From an uncultured Chloroflexia bacterium (GTDB lineage Bacteria; Chloroflexota; Chloroflexia; QHBQ01; JADMIH01), in the NCBI GenBank assembly GCA_963797095.1, contig CAWCNY010000003.1, positions 704,001-768,000 of the forward strand: DNA of 64,000 nt. Direction: 5' to 3'. Position numbers and translations under genes: made by a program. Position 1 is the first letter of the stretch. The number at the start of each line of letters is the position of its first letter. The notes beneath the pieces were generated by a model. The model had not been told where the DNA came from and searched no databases. It worked only from the letters and a program-made list of their open reading frames with translations. Below are positions 1 through 7,931 of this stretch, piece after piece.

Positions 1-28
1 TGAGTAATGAGTAATGAGTGCCATGAGT

Positions 29-126
29 GCTTCGCAGGCGTGCAATCTGCTTCAAAAGAAGAGCGAAATTGGCGGCTAGCCGCCAATTTCGCTCTTCTTA
101 GAACGCCCCTCCCCAAGATTTGGGGG
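29..126. repeat. Dispersed palindromic element, copy 1 (hairpin 51-103)
   Basis: GCTTCGCAGGCGTGCAATCT, then stem AAGAAGAGCGAAATTGGCGGC-TA-GCCGCCAATTTCGCTCTTCTT, then GCCCCTCCCCA. A homologous copy starts at 55967. Confidence 0.8.
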
Positions 127-146
127 GTTGGGGTGGGGGCTTTGGT

Positions 147-968
147 CTAAAACGACAGCAATTGAACGTTACCGAACGCGGTCGTGCACCTTATATTGAG
201 TACCGGCAACGTCCCTTCAAAAGCGGCCCTCGTCCAAATAGCCCCCTCCTGCCGGACAAAACCCGCATCCATATTCGGGTTTCCCAATATGCTTTCAGTG
301 GTCAACTTGACCGCTGTAGTAACCGGGAACCTTAGCTCAACACCCGAAACAGCGGACGAAATGAGCGCAGACGCCTCTTGACGCAACTCCCCGCCAAAGT
401 GCAGTTTGTAGCTCGCCGCACCGCCATCCACATGCAGATAGACGAAGTTCGCGTTCAGCAGGTTGGTTGCATCGATGCTGCCCGCCCCCACCGTCAGCTT
501 GAGCAGGCTCATCGGCTGCGGGTTAGGGCGCGAGAAATCAAGCCTCATAGCGCCCGCGCCGTCCGTGATCTCCAGCCTCGTGATGGGCAACCCTCCCAGG
601 TCGATATAGTTCCCGCCGGCTGCCGCCTCGATTGCGAGGGCATAAGGGAACTTCCCTCCCAGCACCAGGTCGAGTTTGGGCGTGCCGGCAAAGAGATCAA
701 ACACGTCAAGCATGTTCTCACCGATCACGATCCTGGTGATATCGCCATCTGCTTCGACATGCATAGGAATCCGCCCGCTTGGGTCCTGATAACTCCCTGT
801 TACCCACATCGTGCCAGGAACCTCCGACGGCTCCTGCCTGATATTGAGCCTGCAAGCGCCCGCCGAGATCTTCAAGTGCGGCATATGGCCTTCCGGCAAC
901 TGGCGATATTCGATATTTATGGGGGTTGCGGCTCTGGGTTCGATAACTGTAGGCTGCGTGGTTTGCAT
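147..968 (-). CDS. LiaF/DUF2154-like (cell-envelope stress, beta-rich) protein
   Basis: Repeated GAG/GGA beta-turn motifs (LKISAGAC, LTVGAGSI, VDGGAASY). ATG at 968 follows AAGGAG. The ORF could extend to 1016. Confidence 0.6.
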   Translation of the reverse strand: MQTTQPTVIEPRAATPINIEYRQLPEGHMPHLKISAGACRLNIRQEPSEVPGTMWVTGSYQDPSGRIPMHVEADGDITRIVIGENMLDVFDLFAGTPKLDLVLGGKFPYALAIEAAAGGNYIDLGGLPITRLEITDGAGAMRLDFSRPNPQPMSLLKLTVGAGSIDATNLLNANFVYLHVDGGAASYKLHFGGELRQEASALISSAVSGVELRFPVTTAVKLTTESILGNPNMDAGFVRQEGAIWTRAAFEGTLPVLNIRCTTAFGNVQLLSF

Positions 969-1220
969 TGTTTTTCTCCTTACCTTTGATCTGATCACCC
1001 GATATCCAGACTTCACCCGTCAATTGGAGAACCGAACACAAAAAATCGGCCTGAATGGAGGCCGGTTTCACTATTGGGTCGCGGGGGTTCAAGTGACCAC
1101 ATACGAACCCCAGGTCATACCCGCCGAACGGTGTGTTCAGTTAGGAGGAGCAACTGGACTCCTCCGACTATATTGTAAGGGTCAAGAATCTGAAGCAGGG
1201 TGTACAGAGGTTACAATTTA

Positions 1221-1246
1221 GTGACAGCCCAGGCCTGGGCTGTCAC
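1221..1246. terminator. Perfect 26-bp palindrome downstream of rpoN (terminator or operator)
   Basis: GTGACAGCCCAGG/CCTGGGCTGTCAC. Confidence 0.45.
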
Positions 1247-1356
1247 CCCACCCAACTCCGAAAGAGCCTCGCAAACAAAGGGCCAAACACCCCCCAAAAC
1301 CAAATCCGCCCAACGCCCGCTACCGACCATCCACCCTCACTCGTCACCCGTCACTC

Positions 1357-2865
1357 TCACCTCAAAGTAGAGGGCATAATCCCCAGTTGCGCGCGATACT
1401 TAGCAACCGTGCGCCGAGCGATACGAATCCCCTGGTCCTGTAGCCGAATGACGATCTCATTGTCGGTCATGGGGCGCGCCTCTTTAGTAACCAGCTCCTT
1501 AATCACATCCTTGATCGACAGAGACGCCGAGAAGAAATCGCTGAACGGAATCACGCGCTTGTCCGGCAACATCAAATACTTATCGGCTGTAGCCCTGCTG
1601 ATCGTACTTTCGTGAAGCCCCAGGTACTGGGCCACCTGGGCGCGCGTGAGAGGCTGTAGGAACCGCACCCCATGCCTGATGAAATCCTCCTGTAGCTCGA
1701 TCAAACAGTTAGTCACCCTGAGGAGCGTCTCATGACGCTGGTTAATGCTCGAAATAAAAAGCTTCGCCTGGTTGACGTAGTGCTTGATATGCTCGCGGTC
1801 CCCCTGAGACATAGCCGCCGTACCACCTGCACTCGCGAGACCGTTTGCGCTATGCCCGTTATCGCCGCTCTTCCCATCCCCCGCCAACTGCTGGTAAATA
1901 GGGTTCATCCGCAAGCTGAACCTGTACTTCTCCACCACCTCAGCCTCCAGCCTACCTTCGCGCTCGCGCACAATCACGTCAGGCAGCACAAAATTGGTGG
2001 TTGAAGGAGCGCTCCAGGTACGCGCCTGCGCCAGGTCGATTGGAGGTCGCGGCTGCAAATGAGCTTTGATGAAATCATGCACCACTACCACATCGTCATG
2101 TGTGCACCCAATCGCATGTGCAATCGCCGTATACTTGTGCTCGCCAACCTCTCTCAGATGGTCTTTGATAACCGCCTCAACATACGGAGGTATCTCCAAT
2201 ACCTCGCCTTCAGCCTCCAACTCGTGCAGTTGTATAAGAAGGCACTCACACAGGTCGCGTGCTCCCACGCCCACCGGGCCGGCGTTCTGCAGAATATCGA
2301 GCACAACCTCCACCCGTTCTACACTTACGCCCACAGCATTCGCGGCAGCTTCCACGCTGCACTTCAAAAATCCATGCTCATCCAGGCTGCCGACCAGGTA
2401 GCGAGCCACCGGATGGTCCTCTTCAGGGAGAGATGCCAACAGGTCGCTAAGTAGGTCGTCATAGATATTGTCCCGCGAGGCAACCAGCGTAAGCGGGTCG
2501 AAATCCTCATCGGCAACCGACCTGGTGGCACGCATACCGTCCCTGAAGCCGCGCAAATCGTCAAAATCGAAATCATCATCAGCCTTCCTGCGCCCATCGG
2601 CTTCCGGGCCGGCATTCGCCGCGCCCGGATAGACCGGCTGCGAGCACACAGGGCAAAACCGCCCTGTTGTGCCTGCCCCACAATTGGTGCACACCGACGC
2701 TTCCACGCTTTCCAGGGCGGGGTTCTGTTCAAGCTCGATGTGTACCATCTGCTGTAGCTCCAATGAAGAGACGGCCAGCAAGCTGTTCACCATAATCAGC
2801 GTGGGTGACACACGTAATGACTGCTCCGGAGCCATGTATACTTGCATATCCATGTTGGTGTCCAT
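1357..2865 (-). CDS. rpoN: RNA polymerase sigma-54 factor
   Basis: RpoN box ARRTVAKYR, HTH LHESTISRA, region I ELEQNPALE, core-binding GVGARDLCECLLIQL. Confidence 0.97.
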   Translation of the reverse strand: MDTNMDMQVYMAPEQSLRVSPTLIMVNSLLAVSSLELQQMVHIELEQNPALESVEASVCTNCGAGTTGRFCPVCSQPVYPGAANAGPEADGRRKADDDFDFDDLRGFRDGMRATRSVADEDFDPLTLVASRDNIYDDLLSDLLASLPEEDHPVARYLVGSLDEHGFLKCSVEAAANAVGVSVERVEVVLDILQNAGPVGVGARDLCECLLIQLHELEAEGEVLEIPPYVEAVIKDHLREVGEHKYTAIAHAIGCTHDDVVVVHDFIKAHLQPRPPIDLAQARTWSAPSTTNFVLPDVIVREREGRLEAEVVEKYRFSLRMNPIYQQLAGDGKSGDNGHSANGLASAGGTAAMSQGDREHIKHYVNQAKLFISSINQRHETLLRVTNCLIELQEDFIRHGVRFLQPLTRAQVAQYLGLHESTISRATADKYLMLPDKRVIPFSDFFSASLSIKDVIKELVTKEARPMTDNEIVIRLQDQGIRIARRTVAKYRAQLGIMPSTLR

Positions 2866-2938
2866 CGAGGTGTGTCCTCCTTAATTCCTGTTTCCGGCGT
2901 CAGACGGCAGACCGTTAGCCATCGCCATCCGGCGCAAT

Positions 2939-4318
2939 TCAATCGAATATGGGTTTCTCTATACCAAGCGCTGCGTAAGCCCGGTCCTGGTCATCGTTTG
3001 CCGCTTCCATCGCCTGGGCGATTGCCAGCCGCTCCACTCGCCGCAAGATTTCATTCATACTCACGCCATCACGAACCAGTTGCGCAACATCCACCAGCGA
3101 CCTATCGATCAGGTTTGATGCAAGGATATGCGCGCTCGTGATGATCCCGCCTTTGGAGAGCACCACCGCCCTCTGGATTGAGTTCTCAAGCTCGCGCACG
3201 TTGCCCGGCCAATCGTACTCCATCAACCTCTGCATAGCCTCTTCCGAGATGCGGGCGGGCGTAGCCGTCTGGCTGTAGCGGTGCTTATCCAGAAAGTGCT
3301 CCACCAGCAGCGGTATGTCTTCTTTGCGCCTCCGCAGCGGCGGCAGATCGATTGTGACCACGTTCAACCTGTAATACAGGTCTTCTCGAAAACGTCCCGC
3401 CTCCACCTCATCACGCAGGTCGCGGTTGGTGGCCGCGATCACGCGCACGTCAACCTTGATCGGGATCGACCCACCCACCCGCTCGAACTCGCGCTCCTGC
3501 AACACGCGCAGCAACTTGCGTTGCGTGCTCAGCGTCATCTCACCTATCTCATCCAGAAATATGGTCCCTTTGTTAGCCAACTCAAAGCGGCCCTTCCGCT
3601 GGGTAACAGCGTTCGTAAAAGCGCCCTTTTCATGCCCGAAAAGCTCAGTCTCAAGGAGCGTCTCAGGCAGCGCGGCGCAGTTCACCTTGACCAACGGGCC
3701 GCCCCTGTAAGTCGAATAGGCATGCACTATATTGGCGACCAACTCCTTGCCTGTGCCCGTCTCGCCCGTAACCAGCACCGTAGCATCCGTGCCCGCCGAC
3801 CGCCCGACCAGCCGGTACACCTCGTACATAGCGGGCGAGCCTCCAATGATCTGGTCCTGCGGCCTCCGGTTTGCCCCGGCAACAGCAGACGGTGGGCTTG
3901 CAGGATCGACCTGCGACCGCAACGCGCGCACCTCTTCCTTCAGCCGTTGCGTCTCGAAGAAGTGATGCACTTGCTGGAGAATGTCGTCTAACTCGAAAGG
4001 CTTGCCGATAAAACCATACGCACCCAGCGAAGAAGCCTGGATAGCTATGTTAGGAGACCCATGCGCCGTGATCAATATCACCGGCAACTCCCCTTGCTGG
4101 TTCCGTAGCTCCTTAAGCACATCGAGACCCGACATGCCGGGCAACTGAAGATCGAGCAAAACAAGCGCGTGCTTGCCCGCCTTGAGGCTTTCCAGGGCCT
4201 GCTCCCCGGTGGTCGCCTCCGAAACTACATATTCGTCACCGAGGATCTCTGTAAGAAGCTCGCGAATGGCGGGATCGTCGTCCGCAACCAGAATCTGCGA
4301 GTCACTTCTATTGGTCAT
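2939..4318 (-). CDS. Sigma-54-dependent response regulator (NtrC/AtoC type; REC-AAA+-Fis)
   Basis: Receiver domain (ADDD, LLDLQLPG), Walker A GETGTGKE, GAFTNA loop, FLDEIGE, FREDLYYRLNV, WPGNVRELEN. Confidence 0.95.
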   Translation of the reverse strand: MTNRSDSQILVADDDPAIRELLTEILGDEYVVSEATTGEQALESLKAGKHALVLLDLQLPGMSGLDVLKELRNQQGELPVILITAHGSPNIAIQASSLGAYGFIGKPFELDDILQQVHHFFETQRLKEEVRALRSQVDPASPPSAVAGANRRPQDQIIGGSPAMYEVYRLVGRSAGTDATVLVTGETGTGKELVANIVHAYSTYRGGPLVKVNCAALPETLLETELFGHEKGAFTNAVTQRKGRFELANKGTIFLDEIGEMTLSTQRKLLRVLQEREFERVGGSIPIKVDVRVIAATNRDLRDEVEAGRFREDLYYRLNVVTIDLPPLRRRKEDIPLLVEHFLDKHRYSQTATPARISEEAMQRLMEYDWPGNVRELENSIQRAVVLSKGGIITSAHILASNLIDRSLVDVAQLVRDGVSMNEILRRVERLAIAQAMEAANDDQDRAYAALGIEKPIFD

Positions 4319-4405
4319 TGGTGCTCACTTTCATCGCAAGGACAAATACCTAACCTTCTCTGCTTCTTGGCGGGCCTAAAAGCAGAGCGTCAAAAACCCG
4401 TTAAT

Positions 4406-4421
4406 AGCAAGAAGTATGCCA
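4406..4421 (-). promoter_or_regulatory. Sigma-54 (-24/-12) promoter for the activator-rpoN operon
   Basis: Minus strand reads TGGCATACTTCTTGCT, matching TGGCAY-N5-TTGCW. Confidence 0.75.
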
Positions 4422-4444
4422 GGGCTTCACGTACGTAAACTGTA

Positions 4445-4460
4445 TGGCACGCTTCTTGCT
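4445..4460 (+). promoter_or_regulatory. Sigma-54 (-24/-12) promoter for ytxH-like/glsB-like genes
   Basis: TGGCACGCTTCTTGCT, an exact TGGCAC-N5-TTGCW match. Confidence 0.8.
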
Positions 4461-4503
4461 TCTCCTCCCCCATAACGGTGAATCAGGAGGGGAGTCTAAA
4501 TCA

Positions 4504-4668
4504 ATGCTCAAATCAGTGCGTATTGCAATCAAATACATGACGCTAGGCCTGCTGGCGGGTGTCATTCTCGCTCCACGCAAGGGAGAAGAGACTCGGCGGC
4601 TCGTAACTCAAAGGACTAAGCAATTAATACAGGAAGTGGTCACTGCTGACAAGGGTGCATTGGCATAA
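4504..4668 (+). CDS. YtxH-domain small protein
   Basis: GLLAGVILAPRKGEETR signature. AGGAGG lies upstream. Confidence 0.8.
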   Translation: MLKSVRIAIKYMTLGLLAGVILAPRKGEETRRLVTQRTKQLIQEVVTADKGALA

Positions 4669-4689
4669 TCGTAATGCGCCATGCGTAAA

Positions 4690-4766
4690 GACGAAGGACG
4701 AGGGACGAGGGACGAAGGACGAAAAAAGCCAAATAAGCAATAGTCACCCGTCACCCGTCACTCGTC
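4690..4766. repeat. Heptamer tandem repeats (GACGARG)5 and (GTCACYC)3
   Basis: Read directly. Related heptamer runs occur at 1-20, ~1337-1357 and ~47061-47095. Confidence 0.75.
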
Positions 4767-4793
4767 CACAAAGGAGACAAAGGAGACAAAAAC

Positions 4794-5069
4794 ATGCTGA
4801 TGAACATACTCGGTTGGCTCATAATCGGGCTGCTTGCCGGGCTGGTGGCAGGCCTGATCATGAGAGGAGGTGGATACGGCCTGGTTGGCGACATCGTTAT
4901 CGGCCTGCTCGGCGCGGTCATCGGTGGGTTCCTCGCCGCGGCGCTCGGCCTGGGCGGTCTGAACACAAACGACCCCATAAGCTGGGGCAGTTTCTTCATT
5001 GCTCTGCTGGGCGCAGTCGTCTTGATAGCGGTCCTCAGGCTATTATCAGGCAGCCGGGCACGTATCTGA
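4794..5069 (+). CDS. GlsB/YeaQ/YmgE (transglycosylase-associated) membrane protein
   Basis: IIGLLAGLVAGLIM..G.GLVGDIVIGLLGAVIGG pattern, three TM helices. Confidence 0.9.
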   Translation: MLMNILGWLIIGLLAGLVAGLIMRGGGYGLVGDIVIGLLGAVIGGFLAAALGLGGLNTNDPISWGSFFIALLGAVVLIAVLRLLSGSRARI

Positions 5070-5265
5070 GAGTACAGAATGGCTGTTCAAACAGTTGCCG
5101 GTGTGAAGCAAAGCGCCGCCACCCCGGCTGTGGGTTTTGCTCGCACCGGCAAACTGCAAGCTACAAGCTACATCCCGCCTTACACGCTCTGATGAGTCGT
5201 AGGTTGTAGATCTTATTAGCAACACTATTCAGGGCGCAATGTAACGTTTCAGATGGGAGACAACC

Positions 5266-5676
5266 GTGAAATCGATCCTCGTAATAGAGGACAACGCTTT
5301 GCTTGCCGACCTCATTGCGGAAGTGCTCCAGGAAGAAGGTTACGATGTCGAAGTAGCCGCAGATGGACAAGAGGGGCTTAATAAACTACCGGAAATGAAA
5401 CCGGATTTGGTAATCACCGATCTCATGATGCCACATTTGAGCGGTGACGAGGTATGTAACGTCATACAGGCAGACCCTCAGTTCCGCTCGGTACCTGTAG
5501 TAATGATGAGCTCCAGGCAGGAAGAGTCGATGAAGGTCAAATGCAAGTACGATGCGTTCTTGCCCAAGCCTTTCGACCTTCAATTCTTCCTGGGATTGGT
5601 TAAGCAATTGATGGAGGCCACACAAAATGTAGACGCGCCTGCTCAACTTGGCAGGCATCTCGAATTGCCGTCTTAG
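5266..5676 (+). CDS. Single-domain response regulator receiver
   Basis: ILVIEDN, PDLVITDLMMP, KPF. Confidence 0.9.
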   Translation: MKSILVIEDNALLADLIAEVLQEEGYDVEVAADGQEGLNKLPEMKPDLVITDLMMPHLSGDEVCNVIQADPQFRSVPVVMMSSRQEESMKVKCKYDAFLPKPFDLQFFLGLVKQLMEATQNVDAPAQLGRHLELPS

Positions 5677-5689
5677 CGTGCCCCTTGTC

Positions 5690-6703
5690 CTACTTCTCAA
5701 CCACCGAGCGTATTACCATACCACCCACTTTGGACGAAAGGTAGGTGGCCGGATGGTGCCCCGCGAAGAGATTGGTCACAGAGGGTGGCCGAGGCTTGCC
5801 GGTATCAATGTCCTCCACCCGCCGCGAGTCATAACGCGATTGCGGCTTATAAAGAGGCGACAACAAGTTCGGTGATGCCACGCTATCCGCGCTATTGTAC
5901 AGGTTGATCCACCTTGGAAGTCGAGAAGGGAAAAGTAGCATACCTTCATCCATCTCATCATCCAGGTCAAGCACTTCAGCAAGCGCGACGCGCACGATCT
6001 CCAGGCCCAGCGGAGAACCCAGCGTTACCAGGCAGCGCACCGGCAAATCGGGATAGCGCATCAATAGCTCATAACAGGTAATCGAGCCTAGCCCATGCGC
6101 CAGCAGCACCACTTCCTCGTGCTTTCCCTCGATCTCAACGGCCAATCGTGACAGCAACATCTCACGAAGATCAGGCTCTGTCAGATAGCTCGCAACCGTA
6201 GTGGCGAAGTTCCACAGCACACCTTTGGCCGCCACCCCAGGCATATTCCTCTCCATCTCGGCCAAAAGCGTCGCCAGAGTAGGATTAGTCAGCACATAAT
6301 CGGCCCGTATCCCTCTAATAGGGATCCGCGCGCTTGCCAGCAGTTCGAGCGCCAGCCCCACCTCGATCTCAGCGTGAGAAGGATCACCCACTGTATCGAG
6401 TGGATATAGCTGCATGAACGGCCCAAACCTGTCCAGTTTCCTTATCGGGTCGCCCCATCGCAAACCCGCCTCATGGGCCTGCCACAGGTCGCCGTAGAAA
6501 GCAAATCTGAACGGTATCGTCAGCGCATAGTCGGCCCCAACCCGGTCCAATCCTATGCGGGTCGCGTTCTCATATTGGTCTGCCAATTCCAGGCCGCTAT
6601 CGGTCGGGTCCTCCATGCCATGAACGCCTACCAGACAGGCAGTCCGCCGTCTGCTCTCCATGCCATAAAGGACCGTGCTAAGGCTTGATGCTGGTATGAA
6701 CAT
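5690..6703 (-). CDS. Alpha/beta-hydrolase-fold protein with Gly in place of the nucleophile Ser
   Basis: VGVHG, FYGDL, LAHGLGS (canonical AHSLGS), LVTLGSPLG, WINLY..D, H..YL. Confidence 0.75.
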   Translation of the reverse strand: MFIPASSLSTVLYGMESRRRTACLVGVHGMEDPTDSGLELADQYENATRIGLDRVGADYALTIPFRFAFYGDLWQAHEAGLRWGDPIRKLDRFGPFMQLYPLDTVGDPSHAEIEVGLALELLASARIPIRGIRADYVLTNPTLATLLAEMERNMPGVAAKGVLWNFATTVASYLTEPDLREMLLSRLAVEIEGKHEEVVLLAHGLGSITCYELLMRYPDLPVRCLVTLGSPLGLEIVRVALAEVLDLDDEMDEGMLLFPSRLPRWINLYNSADSVASPNLLSPLYKPQSRYDSRRVEDIDTGKPRPPSVTNLFAGHHPATYLSSKVGGMVIRSVVEK

Positions 6704-7094
6704 TATCGGAGGTCCTCTCGCTCAGTAAAATCCGGCAAATCGCGTCATAAAAACGCCGGTGTCACCATTGCCGCCCATAGGCACAAGGGAGCACCGTGGG
6801 CTGGTAAGGTTGTTCTCATTGCAAGTGCGTTTGTGTGATGGTAGTCGTGTATGGTAATGAGGTCGACTGCATTGCCTTCTTGCTAGGATTGAACAGGCGA
6901 CTGAGCTTGACCTCCATGGTAGCTGGTAGCCCGAGAAGCATTGTACGCAACAACCCCGACTTCACAGAATCGGGTTCGTTACCCTCTGAAATGCACACCG
7001 CCTGCATTTTACTCATCGAGCCTACTGATTATGATTATCGACACGCTTTGTGTTATCGATACATAGATTATGCCCCTAAACACGCACAAGCGGT

Positions 7095-7113
7095 TGTCAC
7101 AAAAAGTGTCACA
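7095..7113 (+). promoter_or_regulatory. Putative operator TGTCACAAAAAGTGTCACA (copy 1 of 3)
   Basis: TGTCAC direct repeat with 12-bp period. Homologous boxes at 7776 and 10729. Confidence 0.5.
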
Positions 7114-7126
7114 GGCCACAAAACTG

Positions 7127-7690
7127 TCACAACCGGGACAACGGACGGTCGCATAGCCACGAGAGCATCAACATGTGCCCACTTGGAAGATACAACGGAA
7201 TTCGGTAAACTGTGATGTGCACCCCAAACGCGCCCGCCTTGCGAAATTGAAGGAGTAGATTGGCATCGCAAAACCGATCGGCCACCCTAAGGGTATATAT
7301 ATTAGGGCCGTGGTAACTATCCTGCGTATATACTCCTGCCAGCGTTTCAACCATGCTATCATCACCAGGCGCGATCTCTCGTACCACTTCTACACCCTTC
7401 CACCAGGTCACGCCCGGCGAGGTCGAAAGTACCAACTTTACCTCGTCAGGTTCAAGCGTGGGGTCCTCACGCAGAAGGCCCGTAACATGGTCGCTGTTCG
7501 TATGCACAACTGTGACAGGCCTGGAGCCGTTGAGGCAGGTAGGCCACCCGAAATATTGGCAAGCAGTTTGGGGGCTTACCAGTTCGCTCTGTCTGCCAGG
7601 CAACACCTCTGGCTGAAGGAGAACACTACTACTCCGAAATAATTCAACTCTACTCGTGCTCACGTTCCTAATCTCCTTTGATCGGCCCAC
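7127..7690 (-). CDS. Hypothetical protein
   Basis: 187-aa ORF with motif-like segments (VTWWKGVEV, FRKAGAFGVH, LSWLCD). Start uncertain. Confidence 0.55.
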   Translation of the reverse strand: MGRSKEIRNVSTSRVELFRSSSVLLQPEVLPGRQSELVSPQTACQYFGWPTCLNGSRPVTVVHTNSDHVTGLLREDPTLEPDEVKLVLSTSPGVTWWKGVEVVREIAPGDDSMVETLAGVYTQDSYHGPNIYTLRVADRFCDANLLLQFRKAGAFGVHITVYRIPLYLPSGHMLMLSWLCDRPLSRL

Positions 7691-7763
7691 TTGAGAAATA
7701 GCGACCGCACCAATACGTCAGTCCCTAAATAAGCAACGGCTACCTGTATTGTCAGGCATCTTC

Positions 7764-7794
7764 TGCTATAATGGCTGTCACAAGAAGTGTCACA
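7764..7794 (+). promoter_or_regulatory. Extended -10 promoter (TGCTATAAT) followed by operator TGTCACAAGAAGTGTCACA
   Basis: TGn-TATAAT at 7764-7772; repeat box at 7776-7794, upstream of the XRE-NB-ARC gene. Confidence 0.6.
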
Positions 7795-7931
7795 AATATC
7801 GCAGTGACACTCCACGTGTGATAGGCAACACGTGACACGCAAACGCCCATTAAAAAGCACGCAAGCCCATAACCGTTACGTGTTGCCTTTTGATCATAGG
7901 TATAACTTGCTGGTCTAATCGTTGTTCAATT

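Noticed and set aside
5089-5153. Riboswitch or tRNA candidate
   Set aside because: Only a long imperfect hairpin (TTGCCGGTG..CACCGGCAA) after a stop codon; no aptamer or cloverleaf consensus recognised.
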